The notes beneath the pieces were generated by a model. It ran no database searches, was not told the origin of the DNA, and worked only from the letters and a program-made list of their open reading frames with translations. Made by a program: the position numbers and the translations under genes. Of a DNA stretch of 32,000 nt, positions 8,397 through 16,994 are shown one piece after another. This DNA is from Thaumarchaeota archaeon CSP1-1 (GTDB taxonomy: Archaea > Thermoproteota > Nitrososphaeria > Nitrososphaerales > Nitrosopumilaceae), in assembly GCA_001443365.1 (NCBI GenBank), contig LDXL01000005.1, forward strand, positions 28,072 through 60,071. Reading direction: 5' to 3'. The stretch's first letter is position 1; each line of letters starts with the position of its first letter.

Positions 8397-10751
8397 TTGT
8401 TTACTGAAACGTCATCGTCAGGTCTAGTCAGAAGTCTTTCTTTACTTGACATAGTAATGGTTGGAATTGCTGCAATGATTGGTGGTTCTATCTTTATTCT
8501 GGTAGGCCCTGCCATGGGTGAAGCAGGTCCTGCACTGCTTATCGTCTTTGTATTTTGTGGAATAATCAGCTTCTTTACCGCATTAACATATGCAGAGCTA
8601 GGATCTGCATTTCCAGAAGCAGGTGGAGGTTACAGATGGGTAAAAGAAGGACTACCCAGACCAAATGCGTTTCTCAGTGGCTGGACTGCGTGGTTTGCTC
8701 ACATGATTGCAGGAAGCCTGTATGCAGTATCCTTTGGTTCCTTTTTTGGAAACTTGCTTATCAACCTAGGCGTCCCATCCGAATATGCTGGAGTCGCACT
8801 TGAGAAGATTATTGCCGTAATTTCGATAATAATTTTCACCTATGTGAATTACAAAGGTGTTTCAATTACGGGCAAAGTTGGAAATGGACTAACATTTGCA
8901 CAACTTGCACTTATTATTGTCCTTATCACTTCAGGTCTTTTTGCAATGAGTTTTACAAATCCTACTTGGATGACAAACTTTCAGAATTTTATTCCGAATG
9001 GTGCAGTTGGATTGATTCTAGGGGTGGGAATTATGTTCATAGCTTTTGAAGGGTATGAAATAATTGTACAAGCTGGAGAAGAAGTCAAAAATCCAAAGAG
9101 AAACATCCCAAAAGCAATTTTCATTACGCTTGGAGTTGTCACAACACTTTACATTGTTTTTACTTTCGCTTTTCTGGGTGGGCTGAACTCATCTATAGTT
9201 GGCAAGGAGTCATGGCAATTCATAAGTGATTATAATGAGCTGGGAATTGCACACGCTGCAAATTTTTTACTACCATTCGGAACGATACTAGTCCTAGTTG
9301 GCGGTCTGGTGTCAACTATTGCTGCACTTAGTGCCACTACATTTTCCTCAAGTAGAGTTTCATTTGCAATGGGAAGGCAGTACAACCTTCCTTACATTTT
9401 CAGCTCTATTCATTCCAGATATCATACTCCTCACTTTGCAATATTAGCATCAGGTTTTATCATGCTTGTAATGGCCGTGTGGCTTCCAATTGAACAGCTT
9501 GCACTTGCTGCTGCTGTAATGTTCCTATTTCTATTCACACAAGTCAATTGGGCAGGTATTAACATTAGAAGACTCTACGGCAACAAACTTGATTATGGAT
9601 TCAAAAGTCCATTGTTTCCTATCATGCCCATTGTAGGCATATTTTGTAACATTGGGCTTGCTGTTTTTCTTCTTATTTACAATCCACTGAGCTGGGCAAT
9701 TGCTATTGTATGGATATTGATTGGTTTTTCAATTTACAAATTATATATTTCCAAAAAAGAGATTGAGCATTATGCACCTTTAGTGGCAAGTGAAGGTCCA
9801 TCTTATCGAAAGGATTATCGTATAATGATTGTTGTTGAACAAAACACAACAGAAAAACTCGCAAAAATAGGTCTAGCTTTAGCACAGGACAAACAAGGTG
9901 AAGTTTCATTTCTCAACGTAGTTACAATTCCAATACAGGTAGCACTTTCATCTGCACAGAGTCTTGCAGAACCTGCTACGAAATCCTTTGATGAATTAAA
10001 AAAAATACTACCAAACTCATCTGAGCATAGATATCTGGTCAGGCTTTCACATGATACTACTGAAGCCATAATTGCAACAGTTGAAGAACAGGGAATTAAC
10101 CTACTCATAATGGATTTTCGTAGCCTACGTAGTAACAGAAAGTTACTATCACTTACAACATGTGATATTATTGGAGTTAACATCAAGGAAAATTTTGATA
10201 ATGAATTACAAAATATTGTTGTATCCTATGATAAAGGCCGACACTCAAATTTGGGATTAGAAATGGCAAACTCGCTTTCAAAATCATTAAACAGCAATAT
10301 ACGAATTGTTAGAGGTATTGTTGAATCCCCCGAAGAAGAACGCGATATTTTAGGAATAATTAATGAAAAGATGTTTGATCTTGACATGAAAAAAATCCCA
10401 GTTGAAAGAGTTTATCCAAAAACAGACAATGCAATGCAGAGTCTGCTTCAAAATTTTGATAGCGGAAAACCCGAAATGATAATTGTTGGAGCAGGAAATC
10501 AATCTGATCAAGCATTTAGTCCAAAAACAATGGAAGTGGTGGAAAAGTCTTCTAATACCGTATTTGTAATACGTGACTCTAGATTATCTGGAATACAAGC
10601 TAGGTATTTCTGGAATGCAATTGCACCGCGACTTGCAGAAAATCGTGTTATCTATAGAATGTATTTGAATGCGCTAAGACTAATCTTTTTTATTAGAACA
10701 AAAAGGGCAAAAACTCGTCCTGATGAAGACTATTTTGCATCAAAAATATGA
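8397..10751 (+). CDS. APC-family amino acid/cation permease fused to C-terminal UspA-like region
   Basis: N-terminal MVGIAAMIGGSIFILVGPAMGEAGPAL, ALTYAELGSAFPEAGGGYRWVKEGL, multiple TMs; C-terminal soluble part with NIVVSYDKGRHSNLGLEMANSL...MIIVGAGNQSDQ. TTG start. Confidence 0.9.
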   Translation: MFTETSSSGLVRSLSLLDIVMVGIAAMIGGSIFILVGPAMGEAGPALLIVFVFCGIISFFTALTYAELGSAFPEAGGGYRWVKEGLPRPNAFLSGWTAWFAHMIAGSLYAVSFGSFFGNLLINLGVPSEYAGVALEKIIAVISIIIFTYVNYKGVSITGKVGNGLTFAQLALIIVLITSGLFAMSFTNPTWMTNFQNFIPNGAVGLILGVGIMFIAFEGYEIIVQAGEEVKNPKRNIPKAIFITLGVVTTLYIVFTFAFLGGLNSSIVGKESWQFISDYNELGIAHAANFLLPFGTILVLVGGLVSTIAALSATTFSSSRVSFAMGRQYNLPYIFSSIHSRYHTPHFAILASGFIMLVMAVWLPIEQLALAAAVMFLFLFTQVNWAGINIRRLYGNKLDYGFKSPLFPIMPIVGIFCNIGLAVFLLIYNPLSWAIAIVWILIGFSIYKLYISKKEIEHYAPLVASEGPSYRKDYRIMIVVEQNTTEKLAKIGLALAQDKQGEVSFLNVVTIPIQVALSSAQSLAEPATKSFDELKKILPNSSEHRYLVRLSHDTTEAIIATVEEQGINLLIMDFRSLRSNRKLLSLTTCDIIGVNIKENFDNELQNIVVSYDKGRHSNLGLEMANSLSKSLNSNIRIVRGIVESPEEERDILGIINEKMFDLDMKKIPVERVYPKTDNAMQSLLQNFDSGKPEMIIVGAGNQSDQAFSPKTMEVVEKSSNTVFVIRDSRLSGIQARYFWNAIAPRLAENRVIYRMYLNALRLIFFIRTKRAKTRPDEDYFASKI

Positions 10752-10806
10752 CTGCGTCACTAGTCTTAACAATCTTAAAATAGAAATTTTCACTTTCTAT
10801 TTACAA

Positions 10807-11089
10807 GTGCGAGCTGGTGAACGAGACGCTGCTACGGCAGAGGAAACTCCTCCCTCCATGCAGGAAATGTGTTCCGGCGACGGATAGTCAGAGATGACTG
10901 GCAACAGAATAGAAATTAATCCGACCTAGCGTACAATGATGGCAAAACCTGAGGTTTCTAGAGAAGGAATGAAAGAGCTGACCCACGTGGAGCAAGGCCA
11001 AACAGAACCTTAGGATCCTGCACTTGGTTCAGGTAGGCTGCAAAGCGAAATATCGTTAAAACAGAAGGAGGGTTACGGCCAGCACGCAC
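10807..11089 (+). ncRNA. rnpB: RNase P RNA
   Basis: Near-complementary termini (GTGCGAGCTGG / CCAGCACGCAC, one mismatch), GAGGAAACTCC (CR-I-like), GGAGCAAGGCCAAA...GGTAGGCTGC (CR-IV-like), ACAGAAGGAGGGTTA (CR-V-like), and a P4 pairing between 10845-10853 and 11067-11074. Confidence 0.92.
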
Positions 11090-11092
11090 ATT

Positions 11093-12352
11093 TTAAGATG
11101 GTTTCCAACCTTTTGGCATGGAACCTTTTGTACTAGACTTACTTGCAGGCTCTTCTTTCTTTTCTTGTTCATATACGCTTCTGGTTTGTTCATAAGATTG
11201 GTCACCTTTCAGTTGCGCCTCCCCTCGAACAGTTTGATATCCACCAGAAGAAGCACTAGTTGCATAGCTTTGTAATTGTGATGGATCAATACCTCGTTGG
11301 CCTTGTCCTTCCTCGGCCTTTAGCTTTCTACTACTAAAAATCAAAACTGCAATTGCTCCAATTCCTGCCATCGCTGCCATTCCATAAATTATCATTATTG
11401 GGAATCCTCCTCCTGTAGTTTCACCATAATCCTTAGGAGCTGTTGGAGTAACCCCTAACACTTCAGTACCAGCTAAATTATCTATTGCTGCAAAACCAAT
11501 TACAGCAACATTTGCCGAGTCTGCTCCTTCTGTGACTCTAATTGTGTATTCTGTATCTTTTGTAAATGTTACCACAAATTCTTTTTCAACTTGTCTTCCT
11601 TCCCTGATACTACTTTCACCCATTGTAAAAGAATGCACAACGAAACCTGAAATGGATTTATCTAATCCAAATGTACTTGCATCAACATTAATTCCAGTTG
11701 GGTCAAACAAATCGTGCCAGTTTCCAAGTGGTTGGTCTCTTATTCCATCAGCATTCATAATGTTTTTTGAAAGAAGAGATTCTCCTTCTGTTCCAGCAAT
11801 AATCTCATATGTTACAGGCTCTTTAGATTTTAAAACAGAAATTGGCATGTTAATTTCTACTCCATCAATTGTTATTGGTACAATAACACTTAGGCCTCTC
11901 CAACCCATATCTACTAGTGATGGATTGTTAGGAGAATATTTACGAATATTGTAGTGTGATAATGTGGGAGTTAAAACTATCTTGTAATCTATGGATGTAT
12001 TTGTCTCTCTTCCTATTAGTTCTGCACTATACTCTACACCCAAATCAGTTATTTGAGCACTACTTCCATCATTTTTTATTTTTTGATTCAATTTATTTAT
12101 CAAATCTTGAACTGCTGGGTTGGAAGAATCTGCCTGAACACTAACTTTCCAGGTTTTTGTTTTTAATTCGTTTGCAAGATCTCCACCATTTTGATAATCT
12201 ATGAAAATATTTCTTTGGAAAGTCATCTTAATTTTAGCCGATTCAGCATCAGGTAATAGTTTTGCTTCAAGTTGTGCACCAAAAACTGATGTACTACTAC
12301 CAATAATTAAAAGACCTGTAAAAAAGACGATTAAAATTGCTACCCTCATCAC
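11093..12352 (-). CDS. hypothetical secreted, C-terminally membrane-anchored protein
   Basis: 419 aa; N-terminal signal MMRVAILIVFFTGLLIIGSSTSVFG; C-terminal TM GGFPIMIIYGMAAMAGIGAIAVLIFSSRKLK followed by a hydrophilic tail. Confidence 0.8.
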   Translation of the reverse strand: MMRVAILIVFFTGLLIIGSSTSVFGAQLEAKLLPDAESAKIKMTFQRNIFIDYQNGGDLANELKTKTWKVSVQADSSNPAVQDLINKLNQKIKNDGSSAQITDLGVEYSAELIGRETNTSIDYKIVLTPTLSHYNIRKYSPNNPSLVDMGWRGLSVIVPITIDGVEINMPISVLKSKEPVTYEIIAGTEGESLLSKNIMNADGIRDQPLGNWHDLFDPTGINVDASTFGLDKSISGFVVHSFTMGESSIREGRQVEKEFVVTFTKDTEYTIRVTEGADSANVAVIGFAAIDNLAGTEVLGVTPTAPKDYGETTGGGFPIMIIYGMAAMAGIGAIAVLIFSSRKLKAEEGQGQRGIDPSQLQSYATSASSGGYQTVRGEAQLKGDQSYEQTRSVYEQEKKEEPASKSSTKGSMPKGWKPS

Positions 12353-12471
12353 GGAATGTGATCGCTATAGCCACAATAAAAAACTTGTCTTGATTCATAA
12401 TTCTGGAGTTATATTGAAAAAGTAATATTGAGCGATAATTTCATTGATTAGTAGTTTTAGAGCTGAAAAAT

Positions 12472-13392
12472 ATGATAACAATACTTGCGGGAGGCACTGG
12501 ATCGGTCAAATTAGTTCGAGGGATAGTTTCGCAATCCTCTAATGTGAATGTAATCAGCAATGTAGGCGATAATTATTGGTTGTATGGTATGTATCTATGT
12601 CCCGACATTGACACCATTATCTACGGATTAGCAGATATTCTAGATTATGATAGGGGCTGGGGAATTACGAAAGATACATTTGGATTCTTAAGACAAATGG
12701 AGATTTTTGGAGAAGAAACTTGGTTTAGAATTGGCGATAGAGATGCTGCAACACATCTGATGAGAACTAATATGCTAAAAAATGGAAAAAACCTAAGTGA
12801 TATAACCAAATGGATGTGTGAAAAATTTGCAGTTGAAGCAAAGGTAATTCCTGTAACAGACAATAGTTTGGAGACTAGAATTACTACTAACAAAGGAGAA
12901 GTTCATCTCCAAGAATATTGGGTGAAATATAGGGGAAAAGATGAGGTAGAAGGAATCCAATACATTGGAGCAGATAAAGCTCGTCCCAATCCTGAGGCTA
13001 TTAACGCAATGCATGATTCAGAACGAGTTATCATCGCTCCAGGTAATCCGCTAACAAGTATTGGTCCTATGTTGTCAATTAAAGGAGTTAGAAAAGAGTT
13101 GTCAAAAATCAAAAAGAAAGTAATTGCTGTCAGTCCTTTAATTGGAGATAAAGCATTTAGTGGCCCAGCTGCAAAATACATGCAAGCTGCAGGAATAGAG
13201 GTTTCCTCCTATGGGTTGGCAAAGATGTATTCTGATGTTTGCTCTAATATTGTTATAGATACTAAAGACAAGGGACTTACAAAGCAAATTGAAAGCTTGG
13301 GTATGAAAGTATATGATGCAAAATTAAAAATGATAAACAAAAATGACGAGCAAGCATTAGCTTCGTTTGTATTAAAACAAATCCACGTATAA
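12472..13392 (+). CDS. cofD: 2-phospho-L-lactate transferase (coenzyme F420 biosynthesis)
   Basis: MITILAGGTGSVKLVRGI, NVGDNYWLYGMYLCPDIDTIIYGLADILD, RIGDRDAATHLMRTNML, VIIAPGNPLTSIGPMLSI, VSPLIGDKAFSGPAAKYM. Confidence 0.97.
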   Translation: MITILAGGTGSVKLVRGIVSQSSNVNVISNVGDNYWLYGMYLCPDIDTIIYGLADILDYDRGWGITKDTFGFLRQMEIFGEETWFRIGDRDAATHLMRTNMLKNGKNLSDITKWMCEKFAVEAKVIPVTDNSLETRITTNKGEVHLQEYWVKYRGKDEVEGIQYIGADKARPNPEAINAMHDSERVIIAPGNPLTSIGPMLSIKGVRKELSKIKKKVIAVSPLIGDKAFSGPAAKYMQAAGIEVSSYGLAKMYSDVCSNIVIDTKDKGLTKQIESLGMKVYDAKLKMINKNDEQALASFVLKQIHV

Positions 13393-13393
13393 T

Positions 13394-14023
13394 TTGAAAA
13401 TTGCGGCTATTATCCCAGTTAAGACGTTTTCTAAAGCAAAAACAAGATTAAACTTATCATCTAATCAAAAAGAAGATCTTTGTAGAATCATGTTACAAGA
13501 AGTTGTTGAGACTATCTCAAAATCTAAAATTTTTGAAAAAATTGTTGTTGTTTCAAAAGATGAAACAGCTTTAAAACTAACTAAAAGATTTGGTGTGCAA
13601 GAAATTTTTGATAATGATGAGTCTGGGGTGAACCACGCAGTATCTCTTGCAGACAACTATCTTGAAAATAATGGATGTGCCGCATCAATTGTTTTTCCAC
13701 AAGATATACCATTTATGCAGTCTGAAGACATTGAAAATCTAATTCGATTTCAAAAATCCCCCAAGTCTGTTTTAGTTGTTCCTTCTCGGAGGTTTGATGG
13801 AACTAATGCATTACTTAGAATGCCAGTAAATTTAATGGAAACTCATTATGATGAAGATAGCTACAAGATTCATCTGGAGGTTGGAAAATCCCTTACATCA
13901 AATACCTCTCTTGTTCTTTTAAGGAGAATTATGCTAGATATTGATAATCAGGAGGATTTGGAATTTTTGCTTTCACAAAATGAAAAACCCACTATCAGTA
14001 GTAAAATCGGCAAAATTTCCTAA
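13394..14023 (+). CDS. cofC: 2-phospho-L-lactate guanylyltransferase (CofC)
   Basis: AAIIPVKTFSKAKTRLNLSSNQKEDLCRIMLQEVV, VFPQDIPFMQSEDIE, VVPSRRFDGTNALLR; TTG start directly after the cofD stop. Confidence 0.95.
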   Translation: MKIAAIIPVKTFSKAKTRLNLSSNQKEDLCRIMLQEVVETISKSKIFEKIVVVSKDETALKLTKRFGVQEIFDNDESGVNHAVSLADNYLENNGCAASIVFPQDIPFMQSEDIENLIRFQKSPKSVLVVPSRRFDGTNALLRMPVNLMETHYDEDSYKIHLEVGKSLTSNTSLVLLRRIMLDIDNQEDLEFLLSQNEKPTISSKIGKIS

Positions 14024-14068
14024 CTTATTAGTAAACCCATCTATAAGCATATAAGTAACTGTACAGCA

Positions 14069-15025
14069 ATGTATAAATACGAGAATTTATCGAAACGACG
14101 AGATGTTATTGATATGGTAAAAAATGCTAATCCAAAAGATAGATGCCCTAGATGTGGAAAAGGCACTCTAGTTACTGACACTAATACTGGAGAGAATTTT
14201 TGTGGAAAGTGTGGATATGTTTTAACAGATCAATCAGTGGAATCTGGCCCTGAGTGGCGTTCTTTCTCTAAAGAAGAACACGAAGGTAGAAGCCGTGCTG
14301 GTGTTCCAACATCCCTTGCAATGCATGATATGGGACTTGCAACCATTATCGGACCAACCGATAGAGATGCAACTGGAAAACCTCTTTCGGCATCAATGAG
14401 AAGTACAATTGAGCGTCTTAGAACTTGGGATAGTAGAAGCCAAGTTCATGAACCAATTGATAGAAACTTTAGGCAAGCATTTAGTGAACTTGATCGACTC
14501 AAAGATAAACTAGCTGTTGGTGACGCAGTAATTGAAAAAGCTGCATATATTTACAGAAAAGCATTAGATAAAGGCCTAGTTCGTGGAAGATCAATTTCTG
14601 CATTAATTGCAGCTTCACTTTATGCTGCATGTCGTGATACTGAAACTCCAAGAACCCTAAAAGACATTGGACATTCAAGTAACATTAAAAGAAAAGATAT
14701 TGCGCGGTGTTATAGATTGTTACTCAGAGAGCTTGGCTTAAAGATGCCAGTTGTAGATCCAATAAAATGTATTGCAAGAATTGCAAGCAAGGCAGGCTTG
14801 TCAGAAAAGACCAAACGTGACGCCACAAAAATTCTTAAAACTGCTGAAGAAATTAAAATTTCAGCAGGAAAGGATCCAATGGGTCTTGCGGCTGCAGCTC
14901 TTTATGTAGCGTGTGTAGCAAATGGAGAAAACAAGACACAACGAGATGTTGCTGAAGCTGCAGGTGTTACAGAAGTTACTATAAGAAATAGATACAAAGG
15001 ACTCAAAATATCTCTAAATCTCTAA
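14069..15025 (+). CDS. tfb: transcription initiation factor IIB (TFB)
   Basis: CPRCGKGTLVTDTNTGENFCGKCGYVL zinc ribbon and two cyclin-like repeats (GRSISALIAASLYAACRDTETPRTLKDIG; PMGLAAAALYVACVANGENKTQRDVAEAAGVTEVTIRNRYK). Confidence 0.98.
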   Translation: MYKYENLSKRRDVIDMVKNANPKDRCPRCGKGTLVTDTNTGENFCGKCGYVLTDQSVESGPEWRSFSKEEHEGRSRAGVPTSLAMHDMGLATIIGPTDRDATGKPLSASMRSTIERLRTWDSRSQVHEPIDRNFRQAFSELDRLKDKLAVGDAVIEKAAYIYRKALDKGLVRGRSISALIAASLYAACRDTETPRTLKDIGHSSNIKRKDIARCYRLLLRELGLKMPVVDPIKCIARIASKAGLSEKTKRDATKILKTAEEIKISAGKDPMGLAAAALYVACVANGENKTQRDVAEAAGVTEVTIRNRYKGLKISLNL

Positions 15026-16006
15026 TTTTTTTTCCTTTTTCAAATTCAGATAATTTACAATTATTAACACAATTGATAAAATTCCTGTCATGACAAATAG
15101 AATCTCCAAACTATTAGTTAGTGAATGAGAAAAAGCATTTTTTACTGTAATTTCATTTATCTCAGCAAGGAAATTCACGTATGAAAAAATAAAATAATTT
15201 GTTGACCAATGAACCAGAATTGCCGAGACAAATCCATGTTTGAAATAAACCCATCCAATAATTATCCCACTTGCAGTTGCTTGAGCAAATTTGCCTAAAC
15301 TCCAAGGTTCACCAGAAATTATATGAGCTGCGCCAAAAAATATTCCCACAACTACAATCAAAATCAATGCTTTTTTTGTTTCATAGATATGTAAGGTCTG
15401 TGTTGGATGCCATAGTGATTTGAAAAATAAAATCATTGATGCTCGATGAGAGTAAATAGCAAACAAAGGAATTCCAATTAACATCACTCTAAATCCTATT
15501 TCTTCACTAATTGGTGCCGCAGTAATCTCAAAGAATTGAATTAAACTATCTGATTGTTGAGGCGGTTGCGTTGTTATTCCTACACTTTCTTGAATAAAAT
15601 CAATTATTCCAGAAACTACAATCAAAATAGCAAACCACTTGATTACTGAAACGAGATAGTTTGATTTTGATTCATATTTTCCTTCTGACATAATAGAAGA
15701 CAAAGCTTTTAGAAAATTTGTTTTGGGTCCGAACATAGCAATTGAAAATAGAATAACAAATACACCCCACAAACCAATAAAGACATCTCCAAGCTCAAAC
15801 TGTATTGGAATTTCAAAACCAATTCCTGCAGGGAAAAAATCAAACCCATTGATTGGGAAATCAAATCTTACTCCATCTTCTATATTGGAATTAAAAACAA
15901 CATAGGCACCTAAAGGAAATGAAAGAATCATCAAACCAAAAATTACAGAAACTAATGCAGAGAATGGAATTCCCAAAGATTTCATTAACTTGTTTTGGTC
16001 TAACAA
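15014..16006 (-). CDS. CPBP-family intramembrane glutamic metalloprotease (CAAX protease-like)
   Basis: Multiple TMs and CPBP-like motifs PISEEIGFRVMLIGIP, FFGAAHIISGE, HGFVSAILVHWSTN. Confidence 0.88.
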   Translation of the reverse strand: MLDQNKLMKSLGIPFSALVSVIFGLMILSFPLGAYVVFNSNIEDGVRFDFPINGFDFFPAGIGFEIPIQFELGDVFIGLWGVFVILFSIAMFGPKTNFLKALSSIMSEGKYESKSNYLVSVIKWFAILIVVSGIIDFIQESVGITTQPPQQSDSLIQFFEITAAPISEEIGFRVMLIGIPLFAIYSHRASMILFFKSLWHPTQTLHIYETKKALILIVVVGIFFGAAHIISGEPWSLGKFAQATASGIIIGWVYFKHGFVSAILVHWSTNYFIFSYVNFLAEINEITVKNAFSHSLTNSLEILFVMTGILSIVLIIVNYLNLKKEKKLEI

Positions 16007-16013
16007 GTCTTTT

Positions 16014-16322
16014 CTAGTGAAGTTCTATTGATGATTCAGCAAATCCAAGCTTTACCAAAGTTTCTTTGATGGTATCTCGATGGTCGCCTTGTAAAAATAT
16101 GTAACCATCTTTTGCTGTGCCCCCACATGCATATTTGGCTTTTAATTCCTTGGCTACACTTTCTAAATCATTAATTTTTGGATCTAGCCCTTCAATCATA
16201 GTTCCTTTTTTTCTAAAACGTCTAGTTTCTAACCTTATAATGATATGAGTACTGTCTTTTTCTAGTTCACCACAGGCGCATAAATCTTCAGGAAGGCCAC
16301 AAGTACTACAAATTACCGCCAT
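16014..16322 (-). CDS. translation initiation factor 1 (eIF1/SUI1)
   Basis: MAVICSTCGLPEDLCACGELEKD...IIIRLETRRFRKKGTMIEGLD...ELKAKYACGGTAKDGYIFLQGDHRDTIKETLVKLGF. Track start at 16346 adds 8 atypical residues; the internal Met fits better. Confidence 0.93.
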   Translation of the reverse strand: MAVICSTCGLPEDLCACGELEKDSTHIIIRLETRRFRKKGTMIEGLDPKINDLESVAKELKAKYACGGTAKDGYIFLQGDHRDTIKETLVKLGFAESSIELH

Positions 16323-16438
16323 TAATCGAAAAATACTTCTTCCCACACACTATTAAGCCTTCGCTGAATATGAAAAACTCATTTTTCTACAAGACTATGA
16401 AGATTAAGTTTTTTAGAAATCAATTCTAATATTTCTTG

Positions 16439-16786
16439 ATGTCAGCAGAACTTACCAAGAAGGCAATCGAAATGTTGCTAAAAGGTGCTACATTAGTTAG
16501 CGAACCATGCCCATATTGCAAGGGTGTAAGGGTAATAAAAGATGGTCATGCATTGTGCGTCAATTGTGGTAAGGAACCTGAAATTAAAGAAACTAAACCA
16601 GCATCTGAAATCACAGAATATGAGGAGATACAAAAAACCCGTTCAACTCTAAATGTTTTAGAACAAAAACTTGAAAATCTTTCCAAAGAACTCGACGAAG
16701 AAAAAGATCATGAAAAACAACAACAAATCTTAAAATCGATTAATTCACTCGTGGAAATTATTGCCAAATTAAAGAAACAAGAATAA
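16439..16786 (+). CDS. UPF0148 / Sjogren-scleroderma autoantigen p27-like zinc protein
   Basis: KKAIEMLLKGATLVSEPCPYCKGVRVIKDGHALCVNCGKEP followed by a coiled-coil C-terminus. ATG at 16439 preferred over the TTG at 16436. Confidence 0.85.
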   Translation: MSAELTKKAIEMLLKGATLVSEPCPYCKGVRVIKDGHALCVNCGKEPEIKETKPASEITEYEEIQKTRSTLNVLEQKLENLSKELDEEKDHEKQQQILKSINSLVEIIAKLKKQE

Positions 16787-16823
16787 AGTTTTTATGTAAA
16801 GTTCCTGACTTTTTAAATTAATC

Positions 16824-16985
16824 ATGGCAACAAAAAAAGGTGCTCCATTACCGGCATCAAGTGCAGGACTTTTGAGATTCTTTGAAGATGAAACAAAAGG
16901 GTTCAAAGTAGATCCAAAAATTGTAGTAACCGTTCCAAGCAGCCTTATTGTAATCTCGTGGTTGATGGATATTTTTCTAGTATAG
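16824..16985 (+). CDS. secG: preprotein translocase Sec61beta/SecG homolog (absent from ORF track)
   Basis: Manual translation: MATKKGAPLPASSAGLLRFFEDETKGFKVDPKIVVTVPSSLIVISWLMDIFLV*. Typical archaeal Sec61beta: SAGLLRFFEDE, KVDPK, single C-terminal TM. Confidence 0.94.
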   Translation: MATKKGAPLPASSAGLLRFFEDETKGFKVDPKIVVTVPSSLIVISWLMDIFLV

Positions 16986-16994
16986 TGACCCGTT

